Shown: positions 6,148 through 13,876 of the stretch, one piece after another
Numbering within the stretch: the first letter of the stretch is position 1
Layout: the number at the start of each line of letters is the position of its first letter
IMG/VR virus record: IMGVR_UViG_3300005647_000015
Origin: a virus
Direction: 5' to 3' (one strand)
DNA: 34,303 nucleotides
Translations under genes and position numbers: made by a program
The notes under the pieces: generated by a model
What the model was told of the DNA's origin: nothing
The model's database searches: none
What the model saw: only the letters and a program-made list of their open reading frames with translations

Positions 6148-6319
6148 TTATACCTGACCTCTCATAGACTTTTATAGTTTTCTCTTTTAAGATTTGAACA
6201 GTCTTTAAGCTTTCATTATCTTGCTTAAGCTCTTCATTCTTTTTTGTTAATTGCCGTCCTGTAAAAAAAGCACCTACAGCAGCGAATATAGCAGCTATGA
6301 GAGCATAAATAGCCGTCAT
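6029..6319 (-). CDS. i-spanin-like protein (N-terminal transmembrane segment plus periplasmic coiled coil).
   Basis: MTAIYALIAAIFAAVGAFFTG is a transmembrane segment, followed by charged helical sequence (RQLTKKNEELKQDNESLKTVQILKEK..). A lipoprotein ORF is embedded/overlapping in another frame. Confidence 0.55.
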   Translation of the reverse strand: MTAIYALIAAIFAAVGAFFTGRQLTKKNEELKQDNESLKTVQILKEKTIKVYERSGISESEIQKRKQYISTLDDIDTLSRLFEEATKHSPDPNKNS

Positions 6320-6320
6320 G

Positions 6321-6521
6321 CTACCCTTGATTATGAACTATAGCTTTATTAGCCCACATGGCCACTTCTTCAAGTTTAGTAATAGTTATAGATTTTTCTC
6401 TAGACTCTTTTAAAACTGTATTTATCAGTTCATATAATTCATTAGCTTTGTTTCTAACTAATTGGAGCTCTACAATACTTTTTTCATTTGGTTGGTTATA
6501 TGTAAATCTTTTATCAATCAT
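6321..6521 (-). CDS. Small conserved phage protein with a C-terminal '..TKLEE..MWA.KAI' helix. Function unknown.
   Basis: 66 aa: ..QPNEKSIVELQLVRNKANELYELINTVLKESREKSITITKLEEVAMWANKAIVHNQG. The same pattern is seen in 32725..32973. Confidence 0.6.
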   Translation of the reverse strand: MIDKRFTYNQPNEKSIVELQLVRNKANELYELINTVLKESREKSITITKLEEVAMWANKAIVHNQG

Positions 6522-6775
6522 TTTTGCTCTCCTAGTACTGGTTTTCTAATTTCTGACCTTGGCTCAATTGTGTTTAATTTAGCCCTTAATCCAATAATTC
6601 CACTTCCAAAAAATATCATTTTTCCACCCTCAATAATTGCTTGGAAAGCTTCAGTAGGGCCTCCAAAGGTATGTGCTCCTTCTGGATTTAAAAACCATAA
6701 TACAGTTTGAACCACTCCCATTAAGATTAGACCTATACCAGATAAAAATGCTTTTCTTCCTGTGCTTTTGAACAT
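6518..6775 (-). CDS. Membrane protein, a holin candidate for lysis cassette 2.
   Basis: 85 aa. Hydrophobic helix AFLSGIGLILMGVVQTVLWFL and a second weaker one, MIFFGSGIIGL. It lies immediately upstream of the spanin-like pair. Confidence 0.4.
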   Translation of the reverse strand: MFKSTGRKAFLSGIGLILMGVVQTVLWFLNPEGAHTFGGPTEAFQAIIEGGKMIFFGSGIIGLRAKLNTIEPRSEIRKPVLGEQK

Positions 6776-6779
6776 AAAC

Positions 6780-8300
6780 CTACCTTTGATTGACTCTTAA
6801 ATATGAACCATTTAACGCTGTCGCATTCGTTCCATCTGAATTATTACGCATCCAGATTTCCACCCTATCATTAACTTTCATTGATATAACTGAATTTATA
6901 TTGAAAGAAGTTACATCTAAGCCCCCTAAAACATTTGATATTTGACGTGAATATGTATCCATATCAACATAAGCGGCTGCTTCACTATCGTATTTTCTTA
7001 CAATTAAATCTATCTGATCATTAGGTCCACCATCTATAGTGATATAAGCAGTTACAATGATATCTGTATTTACTGCTGATTCATAAACAAACTCATTAGA
7101 ATTATCTCCAGAAAAATGCACTAAGTTATCATAGGTAACAGTTCCATTTAGTTTAGCTGGAACATTAAGTGTTAGCGCTGTAGTTGCTTGACCTGTCATA
7201 GTCCAGCGCCCACCTATAAAAGTATTTGTAACGCCAGTACAATCTTTAAAAAATCTCTTAGTTGAATCTTCTGGTAAGTTTGGAACAGGATTTGAAGCTA
7301 AATTAAATCTAGCACCTACTAAATTAAATCCACGATCTAAAGCAAAATTTGAATCTTGAAAATCAAAAACTATTGTAGTTGCATCAATATCAATTGCATT
7401 AATTCCACTTGTAGAGCTTCCCTGAAATACTAAAGAAGTTCCTTCTTTGAAACATGTCACATTTGCTGGAATTGCTAACATGATAGTTTCTGTTATTGAA
7501 AAACCTCCAGCAAAATTACCATTAAAAGTTAAGCCATCGCTTATGCGAATAAATGCACAGTTAGTTAATTTAAATTGTCTATAACCAGTAAGATCACCAA
7601 CTTTTGTACTGCCTGTTGAAAAGTCACCAAAGTTACAACTTATAAACTCGCATGCTGCATTACTTTCATTGTTATCTAGATCTAAAATCTTAGATCCTGA
7701 TCCAGTTAAATAAAAAGAAGTATGGCTTCCTTGAATATTTCCAGCAACTTCACCAGTCTTATTAATGAACATAGTGTAGTTATCTTCACTAGAAAACAGT
7801 TTAGAAATAAAATAATCATGACCTTTAAAAAAAAATCCACTTGCTGGCACTTCAATTTGTTGAGTGCCCATATCTATAATTCCATCAATTAAATAAAGTT
7901 TTGTACTATCTATGTTTGTTAGATCAGAGGGTTGCTTAACTACAATAACGCTATCAGGAATATAAACATTCTTTATTTCATCTACAGCAGTTTGAGCTGT
8001 TACAGCTAAAAGACCACTAGAACTATTATCATAAATAACTTCATTTAATTCTCTTATATTATCGCCAGAAGCTACCCATTCAGAGCCATCACTATAATAA
8101 TATCCAGACTCTTTACGAGTGAATAAAATACCAGTCTTATTTAAAACATACCTAAACTCATTAGGTGTTGTAGTCGGATCTGGCAGAGCTGCAAAATTTT
8201 CAACTCTTACAATTTCAGGAACAACATTTGCTCCACTAGCAACAACACCAGCGCTATTAGTGTTTTGAATTAAATTAGTATTTATTTGTGTATAGCTCAT
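6780..8300 (-). CDS. Tail fibre/tailspike-type receptor-binding protein, probably with a beta-helix body.
   Basis: 506 aa, rich in N/S/T/G. It has repetitive short beta-strand-like segments (..FISCNFGDFSTGSTKVGDLTGYRQFKLTNCAFIRISDGLTFNGNFAGGFS..). The N-terminal motif MSYTQINTN is shared with 8308..8850. Confidence 0.55.
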   Translation of the reverse strand: MSYTQINTNLIQNTNSAGVVASGANVVPEIVRVENFAALPDPTTTPNEFRYVLNKTGILFTRKESGYYYSDGSEWVASGDNIRELNEVIYDNSSSGLLAVTAQTAVDEIKNVYIPDSVIVVKQPSDLTNIDSTKLYLIDGIIDMGTQQIEVPASGFFFKGHDYFISKLFSSEDNYTMFINKTGEVAGNIQGSHTSFYLTGSGSKILDLDNNESNAACEFISCNFGDFSTGSTKVGDLTGYRQFKLTNCAFIRISDGLTFNGNFAGGFSITETIMLAIPANVTCFKEGTSLVFQGSSTSGINAIDIDATTIVFDFQDSNFALDRGFNLVGARFNLASNPVPNLPEDSTKRFFKDCTGVTNTFIGGRWTMTGQATTALTLNVPAKLNGTVTYDNLVHFSGDNSNEFVYESAVNTDIIVTAYITIDGGPNDQIDLIVRKYDSEAAAYVDMDTYSRQISNVLGGLDVTSFNINSVISMKVNDRVEIWMRNNSDGTNATALNGSYLRVNQR

Positions 8301-8307
8301 TTTTTTT

Positions 8308-8850
8308 CTACCATCTGCAAATTAAAGTATATTTAAAATTAGGAACTAACTTACCTCTTCCGCTTTGACCTGCCTTACCTGCATAAACAGGACGTATATC
8401 ATTCACACCAGCAGTTAAGGATTTACGCATGTGAAGTGTTGTCACTGCATAATCTGTTAAGCTATAATTTACATCTAAGCTGCCTGCAAAAATGTCTGTA
8501 ACATCCGCATTAAAATACACTCCATAATTTCCATTAACTACATTAAATAATAATGCAAAAAATGTTTCTGTTATTGCGTCGGTTCTTAAATCAAACTGAG
8601 AGGCTACTTTTATTTCAATATCTACTACTGCATCTTCAGCTAATGTGATTGATTGATTGTTAGGTTCAATAACTCGCCACAATTGCGGATTATTTGTATT
8701 TCCAGCAGTTGAGGCCTGAGAAAATTCTAAAACTTCTTCATTTGTATATTGATGGAACCCAGCAGAGCCACCCCCACCACCTCCAGAAGATTCACCACCA
8801 GAACCAGAAACAGCATTGATATTTATTTGTTCATATCCCATTTTATTCAT
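8308..8850 (-). CDS. Second fibre-like/receptor-binding-associated protein with a glycine linker.
   Basis: 180 aa. N-terminus (MNK)MGYEQININ resembles MSYTQINTN of the 506-aa protein and is followed by SGSGGESSGGGGGGSAG. ATG 8841 is an alternative start. Confidence 0.45.
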   Translation of the reverse strand: MNKMGYEQININAVSGSGGESSGGGGGGSAGFHQYTNEEVLEFSQASTAGNTNNPQLWRVIEPNNQSITLAEDAVVDIEIKVASQFDLRTDAITETFFALLFNVVNGNYGVYFNADVTDIFAGSLDVNYSLTDYAVTTLHMRKSLTAGVNDIRPVYAGKAGQSGRGKLVPNFKYTLICRW

Positions 8851-9172
8851 CCACCACTGTTATGCGTGCTTTTACGTCTACAGCATCAACAATCACGACT
8901 CTTAAAAAAGAAAAATTAAAATCATTTAAATCTTTAAAGTATGGAAAAGTATCTGAATCTAAATCAACACTTTCCCAGCTAGAAGCATCTTCTTTATCAG
9001 ATGTTCCTTGAAGCTCTACACTTGTTGCGCTTGTTCCCCACACATGCAAATTAACTCCAGAAATGCCTTTAGTGCCTATAACCTCAGAAGTTATAGTTCC
9101 TGATTTTACATTTATATCTAATAGATCTGCTGCATCTTTTAAATATTTATTATAGCGTTCTATTTTACTCAT
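8843..9172 (-). CDS. Hypothetical virion-module protein.
   Basis: 109-aa ORF between the endolysin and the fibre-like genes. No motif recognised. Confidence 0.5.
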   Translation of the reverse strand: MSKIERYNKYLKDAADLLDINVKSGTITSEVIGTKGISGVNLHVWGTSATSVELQGTSDKEDASSWESVDLDSDTFPYFKDLNDFNFSFLRVVIVDAVDVKARITVVDE

Positions 9173-9175
9173 TTT

Positions 9176-9613
9176 TCATTCTCCTTTTTTGTTGTGTTTT
9201 CTACGATCATAAAGTTCAATATGACCTAAATCATTAAAATCTTTCTTTCCGCCTCTTTTGCCGTCCCTATCCCAATCGTAGCCCCATCTCAATTTTATTC
9301 CCATTTGGTGACCTACTCCCAAAATAATACCAGCCACTATGCAGTATTGCTGAAGATCTTGATAGTTGTTTGGGTATGGCTGAAAATCAAACGCATCTGA
9401 ATAAGGTTTACCTTTATACGTAGTGTTATGATTAGAGTTTGGATATTGCAATTTAGAAGCGCCGCTTCTAAAATATCTATCTTGTTCTTCTTTATCTCTA
9501 AAGCCACTGACTATAGAAAAATCTACTATTTTAATTGCCTTCCTAGCAATTTTAATTAGTTTAGGATTGCATGTTATGAGCTTCTTTTCAGAAGTTGGAC
9601 CAAATAAATACAT
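9176..9613 (-). CDS. Endolysin: peptidase M15 family, L-alanyl-D-glutamate endopeptidase of the phage T5 Lys type.
   Basis: From memory, it is colinear with T5 endolysin: FGPTSEKKL..NPKL.KIARKA...DFSIVSGFR..EEQ...S.H....YSDAFDF.PY...GIKLRWGYDW....DLGHIELY. It has the Zn ligands of the VanY/M15 fold (H..D...H) and no signal peptide. Confidence 0.9.
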   Translation of the reverse strand: MYLFGPTSEKKLITCNPKLIKIARKAIKIVDFSIVSGFRDKEEQDRYFRSGASKLQYPNSNHNTTYKGKPYSDAFDFQPYPNNYQDLQQYCIVAGIILGVGHQMGIKLRWGYDWDRDGKRGGKKDFNDLGHIELYDRRKHNKKGE

Positions 9614-9994
9614 TTAAAAGGCTGTCCCCATTACAAAACCTAAAGCCAATGCCGAACCTATCCCTATAAGAACATGCTTTTTCTGAATCCCATTTTTTTT
9701 TATTGGATCTTCTGGTATGATTTCTGTTTCTGAAATTAGTTTATTTTTTTGATCTATTAAATTTTTAACGTCTAGTTTTAGTTTTGACTTAGAGGCCTTA
9801 CATTCATTTAAGTTATTAATGTTTTTAATGCCATCCCTTAATGATTGATCTATCTGCATATTTTGTTCCTTTGTATAACATCTAGCTTCAAAAGGTATTA
9901 TAGTTGGTGTAGCTTCCACTATAATAGGTTCAAGTTTTTGAAGCTGTGCAAATGCACAATTAAAAAATAATACTATTAAAATTATCGTTTTCAT
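9614..9994 (-). CDS. Secreted protein with a C-terminal membrane anchor; the architecture resembles a unimolecular spanin.
   Basis: N-terminal signal MKTIILIVLFFNCAFAQ, with an AFA-Q signal-peptidase-I-like site and Cys13 in a weak lipobox context. A helical middle region is followed by an extreme C-terminal transmembrane segment, HVLIGIGSALALGFVMGTAF. Its stop abuts the endolysin ATG. Confidence 0.45.
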   Translation of the reverse strand: MKTIILIVLFFNCAFAQLQKLEPIIVEATPTIIPFEARCYTKEQNMQIDQSLRDGIKNINNLNECKASKSKLKLDVKNLIDQKNKLISETEIIPEDPIKKNGIQKKHVLIGIGSALALGFVMGTAF

Positions 9995-10002
9995 ACCTTC
10001 CT

Positions 10003-10305
10003 TTATTTGCTGCTAATAAGTGCGCTTTGTAATGAACGCATATCAGCTCTAACTTCCCTTCTAAACTCTTCTTCTCTTTTGTCTCTTATAATCCTTAATT
10101 CCTCTTGCCTTTTATCTCTTGCTTGAAGTTCTGTTTTAATGGTTTCTCTAATTCGTTCTTCAAGAGCGCTTGACACTGTTTGTATTGGACTTGATACGCC
10201 TTCGCTTGATTTAAGAGTTTGATACCCATCCAAAGCGAGCTTAAAACCAAAACCAACAAGAGTAGTGGCAACAAATAAAATAGCTTTGATTTGGCTATTT
10301 CCCAT
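10003..10305 (-). CDS. Holin candidate (single N-terminal transmembrane segment plus a highly charged C-terminal helix).
   Basis: MGNSQIKAILFVATTLVGFGFKLAL, then ..EERIRETIKTELQARDKRQEELRIIRDKREEEFRREVR. GGAG lies 11 nt upstream of the ATG. It is upstream of the u-spanin-like and endolysin genes. Confidence 0.45.
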   Translation of the reverse strand: MGNSQIKAILFVATTLVGFGFKLALDGYQTLKSSEGVSSPIQTVSSALEERIRETIKTELQARDKRQEELRIIRDKREEEFRREVRADMRSLQSALISSK

Positions 10306-10367
10306 TTAGGTGGTAGCTCCACAATTACACTGTCTAAATTTATTTCTTTTAAATCTTCCCATTTCAT
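10095..10367 (-). CDS. Alternative-frame membrane ORF that overlaps the holin candidate by 211 nt. Its reality is uncertain.
   Basis: 90 aa with a central transmembrane segment, LFYLLPLLLLVLVLSSLWMGI. Its ATG directly follows the stop of the kinase-like gene (TAAATG). Confidence 0.3.
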   Translation of the reverse strand: MKWEDLKEINLDSVIVELPPKWEIAKSKLFYLLPLLLLVLVLSSLWMGIKLLNQAKAYQVQYKQCQALLKNELEKPLKQNFKQEIKGKRN

Positions 10368-11045
10368 TTAAAGCCCTAAAGAATAAAAAAAAGTACTGCC
10401 TTTTTTATTATTTGATTCTACCCACACTGAGCCGTTATATGATTCTATAATGTTTTTAACTAAACTTAAGCCTATTCCTTGGCCTTCTGTGTTGCCATAA
10501 ACTTTTGTAAAAAGTCCAAAGATGCTACCAAACATTTGTTTTGGAATGCCTATGCCGTTGTCACTAATTGAAATTATAATATCTGATCCAAAACATTCAG
10601 CACCTACATGAATTAAAGGTGCGGTTCCTTTTTTTGCGTATTTGATAGCGTTATCTATAAGGTGTTCAAAAACTGTAACTTGATCATTATGGCTCATTCT
10701 TAATTGTGGTAAATCGTAGAAGGCTATTACTGCATTTGTTTGCTCTATTTTTTCTTTTAAATTAGTGCAAGCAACTTTAATGCACTTAACAGCAGGCACT
10801 AAAGGTTCTGGATAGTGAATCCCATTATAGTTATTCACTTTCTTTTCCAACGGCTCTATGACCTGACCAGTGGCAAACTGGGCAGATGACTTCTCTTCTT
10901 TTTTGTCCGAAATATAGGAATGTTTTTTTTGTAAGGTCGTCGATTTTAGATTTACACGCTTGAGGAGCTTCGATGCTATTACTTCTGAGATTGAAGATAT
11001 TGGGGCATTCAATTGGTACAGCCCTGCTTGTGTTGGTTCTATCAT
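10368..11045 (-). CDS. Histidine-kinase-like protein: a degenerate DHp (H-box His replaced by Tyr) plus an intact HATPase_c catalytic domain. It has no sensor, transmembrane or receiver domain.
   Basis: N box HLIDNAIKYAKKG; G1 box ISDNGIGIP; F box IFGLFTK; G2 box GQGIGLSLVKNIIESYNGSVWVESNNKKGSTFFYSL. The N-terminal GLYQLNAPISSISEVIASKLL aligns to the H-box consensus aSHDLqePLrxIxxfxxlL, placing Y10 at the His position. An AAGGA RBS is present, and an in-frame TAG lies two codons upstream of the ATG. Confidence 0.8.
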   Translation of the reverse strand: MIEPTQAGLYQLNAPISSISEVIASKLLKRVNLKSTTLQKKHSYISDKKEEKSSAQFATGQVIEPLEKKVNNYNGIHYPEPLVPAVKCIKVACTNLKEKIEQTNAVIAFYDLPQLRMSHNDQVTVFEHLIDNAIKYAKKGTAPLIHVGAECFGSDIIISISDNGIGIPKQMFGSIFGLFTKVYGNTEGQGIGLSLVKNIIESYNGSVWVESNNKKGSTFFYSLGL

Positions 11046-11131
11046 ATTCTATTCCTTTTCCTTCCCTACAAAGTATCTCCCATTCATAAAGGGTGTACAT
11101 TGCGCGGTTTATTGTATTTTTCATTATATTT

Positions 11132-13876
11132 TTACGATGCACGCCCTTCTAAATAGTCCATTTTAGTTTGTGAACGATTTGCTATATTTAGTGATTTAGC
11201 GCCTGCTAATGGTTCTGCTTCACTCTCTTGCGAAGCTGATAAACTTGTGAGCATCTTTAAGAAGCCCACACTCATTGTGACATCTGTTGGAGTTTTAAAC
11301 AAAATTCCAAGCTGTATTTTTTTTTGATATGAAATTTTTTCTTTAAGCTCTGCCATGCTTTCAAGCATTTGAGTTTGCATTTCTTGATATAGGTTAGGAT
11401 ATACAACTTCAATAGCTTCTATATATTCATCTGTAAGCTCATTAGTTTGAGCTTTTTCTAAAACACTTAAAGGATCTTGAACCGCTTCTACATATCTTTC
11501 AAAACTAGCTACTTGTTCATCTGAAGGAGTATAATCATCTTGATCTGCAAAAAGTGAATCATGAACAGGCGGATCTGGTAGCTTTTGCGCTAGAAAATTA
11601 ACGGCTGTAGAAACTTGCTGCGTTGCATGTGAAGCCATTTTAGGTGCATATTGCTGCATGCTTTTCATATTAGCGCCCATCAACTCAACTAATAAACTTG
11701 GATTATTTACGAGCTCTTTAATTTCTTTTGCACGTTCTTTGTAAGCATCTTTTCTATTTTCAGCAGTGTTTTTCTTATATGGTGAAAATGACATATCCAT
11801 GAGCATAGATGTTGAAACGTTTCTAAAAGCTTGCGTTTTTGCGCCTGTTGTTAGCAAGTCACTAACATACCCTTTTACTGTTGAGCGCTGCTGTTTTATG
11901 ATCTTTTCTAAAGATGCATACTTATTAACAAGCTTACCAATTGAACTACTTCCACCCTCTATAGCTTGCCTTTTTACTCCAGTTCCAACTTTCCCAAGCA
12001 TGCCCATTACTGTACCAAACATAGTATCCTGAATGGCTCCGCTTGGATTTCTTAAACTTTGCCTTGCAGCGCGTCCCATGTTTTCAAAAGCTGATCCAAC
12101 TTCTCTGCCTACAGCTTTATCTGGAAATAAGCGTGAAAGTACTTTTCTATCGTTATAAATCTCTTGAAATTTAATTCCTGTTAAGTCTTGAAAGTCTCTT
12201 ACTGTCTTTTCCCATGTAGATTTATTTTTAGCAGCACCCTTTAAAGCACCTGTATTAAAGCCATTGTAATTGCGCTCCATTGTTTTAATAAATCTTTGAT
12301 CAAACCAGTTTGTACCGCCTCTGCCTTCAAGTTTTTGCAATCCTTTGAATGTTTGAACCATCTTAGAATAAGGTTGCATAATTTCTGTTAATCCATCAAC
12401 TCGATCTCTCAACAAAGTGTTTAAATCTACATCAACTAAATCTTTTACTATTTCATCTTTTAAAGATATTTCATTTTTTTGATAAGCGTTCTTTATATCT
12501 TTTCTTAAACCTTGAATGAATTTTCTAATACGTGGACCGTCCCATGTTTTGTCTATAATCTTGCCTTCTATATCTCTAGGGATGTTGCCGTCTCTATAGC
12601 TCTGAAGCCTTTTCACTGCTGATTGTGTGCTTTCTGTACTAGGTTCATTTTTAAGATTATCTATTTTATTTACTATTAAATCATCTAGTTCTTTTGTGGT
12701 CATTTGAGCATTTGAACGCTCTATAGCTTCAACGGCTGCCGTCTCACTTTGATTCATCATAGTTTGAAGCTGCTCTACACCATCTTCATACATGGCTGGT
12801 AATTCATCCATAGAAGGTTGTTCTTTTATGCGTTGCTTATTGTTTCTATAATATCTTAATTCATCTGGTGTAACGTCTGCTAATTTTTTAGCTGTTACTT
12901 TTTCTTCTGTAGTAAAAGGCCTCACATCATCTGTTAATCTTTTAATGTCGTCTAGTTCATCTTCAATAGGTTTAAAGATCTTATTAGCTGCTTTGCTTCC
13001 AAGTTTGTTAAAAGCAACACCACCCACTCCAACAGCACCACCTATAGCACCACCTAAAAGCGTTCCAACTCCTACAGTGCTTAATACAGTTTCAGCATTT
13101 AGTTCAACATTTCCTAAAGCTTCTTCACTGATAAGATGCCCTGCACCATAAAACGCACCTTCAACAGCAGAACCAGCCGCTTTTGGCAGTGCTTTTTCTG
13201 CTATCAATCTAGCAACACTTTTAGCTGCTCCTTTTGTAGCGCCTGACACTGCGAGCTTTTCAGCAATCATTTTAGTTACAGCTTGAGCTGCTTTTTTTTC
13301 TGCTCCTATTCCTAGCTTTGCAACAGCGCGAGGCAATACACCTGCTGCTCTAGTTGCTTTGGCTGCAAGTGATGCACCTTGAGCGGCTTTAGCACCTGCG
13401 ACGGCTGGCGCGGCCGTTCCACCACTTAATAAAAGCGGAGCCGCAACACCTGCTACTTCACCTGCTATAGCAGCGCCTTTATTTCGCTTTTGATTTTCTC
13501 TTAAAAACTCTTCACTAACACCTGCTTTTTTTGCAAGTTGATCTGATAAGCCAAAACTCAATCCACGCGCTACACCTAAAGCTCCAGCAGAAACTGGCGA
13601 ATTGCCATATTCATCTTTTAAAAACTCTTCTTTGGTTTTTTCATAGCTTTCAAGATTAAAGCCTTTAGCTAAAAGAGCTTCTAGATCCTTGCCTTGAGTA
13701 GTTCCCCTTTTTCCATTTGGTGAAACTAAATCTATTTCAGCATCTGGATCTATGCCATAATTTCCAGTCTGGAAAAGCTGTCCAACTGTTTCACGTGGAA
13801 CATCTTCCCATGCGCTCGACGCTTTATTAAACATCGATACAGTTTTAGATCCTTTGAATTTTGTTTCATTTTCCAT
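11132..13876 (-). CDS. Large internal virion/ejection protein with Ala/Gly-rich membrane-like segments.
   Basis: 914 aa. Residues about 135-290 are A/G/V-rich hydrophobic helices (GAAIAGEVAGVAAPLLLSGGTAAPAVAGAKAAQG..VGVGTLLGGAIGGAVGVGGVAF). It is the last large gene of the virion block, in the position of podovirus core/ejection proteins. Confidence 0.45.
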   Translation of the reverse strand: MENETKFKGSKTVSMFNKASSAWEDVPRETVGQLFQTGNYGIDPDAEIDLVSPNGKRGTTQGKDLEALLAKGFNLESYEKTKEEFLKDEYGNSPVSAGALGVARGLSFGLSDQLAKKAGVSEEFLRENQKRNKGAAIAGEVAGVAAPLLLSGGTAAPAVAGAKAAQGASLAAKATRAAGVLPRAVAKLGIGAEKKAAQAVTKMIAEKLAVSGATKGAAKSVARLIAEKALPKAAGSAVEGAFYGAGHLISEEALGNVELNAETVLSTVGVGTLLGGAIGGAVGVGGVAFNKLGSKAANKIFKPIEDELDDIKRLTDDVRPFTTEEKVTAKKLADVTPDELRYYRNNKQRIKEQPSMDELPAMYEDGVEQLQTMMNQSETAAVEAIERSNAQMTTKELDDLIVNKIDNLKNEPSTESTQSAVKRLQSYRDGNIPRDIEGKIIDKTWDGPRIRKFIQGLRKDIKNAYQKNEISLKDEIVKDLVDVDLNTLLRDRVDGLTEIMQPYSKMVQTFKGLQKLEGRGGTNWFDQRFIKTMERNYNGFNTGALKGAAKNKSTWEKTVRDFQDLTGIKFQEIYNDRKVLSRLFPDKAVGREVGSAFENMGRAARQSLRNPSGAIQDTMFGTVMGMLGKVGTGVKRQAIEGGSSSIGKLVNKYASLEKIIKQQRSTVKGYVSDLLTTGAKTQAFRNVSTSMLMDMSFSPYKKNTAENRKDAYKERAKEIKELVNNPSLLVELMGANMKSMQQYAPKMASHATQQVSTAVNFLAQKLPDPPVHDSLFADQDDYTPSDEQVASFERYVEAVQDPLSVLEKAQTNELTDEYIEAIEVVYPNLYQEMQTQMLESMAELKEKISYQKKIQLGILFKTPTDVTMSVGFLKMLTSLSASQESEAEPLAGAKSLNIANRSQTKMDYLEGRAS

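Noticed and set aside
10095-10305. Programmed -1 ribosomal frameshift joining the two overlapping membrane ORFs.
   Set aside because: The frame relationship is compatible with -1, but no X_XXY_YYZ slippery heptamer is present in the overlap. The nearest, CTTAAAT, lacks the required first base.
10831-11142. Minus-strand 103-aa ORF overlapping the N-terminus of the kinase-like gene. I considered it as a possible frameshifted upstream part (sensor/DHp remnant) of the kinase.
   Set aside because: It is in a different frame, overlaps 215 nt of the motif-supported kinase frame, and shows no kinase-like or other motif. The kinase frame has its own RBS and an in-frame stop just upstream. A frameshifted ancestry cannot be excluded without homolog comparison.
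11132-13876. The 914-aa Ala/Gly-rich protein as a siphovirus tape measure protein.
   Set aside because: There is no major tail tube gene, no frameshifted chaperone pair and no distal-tail/Tal genes nearby. The gene order fits podovirus internal/ejection proteins better.
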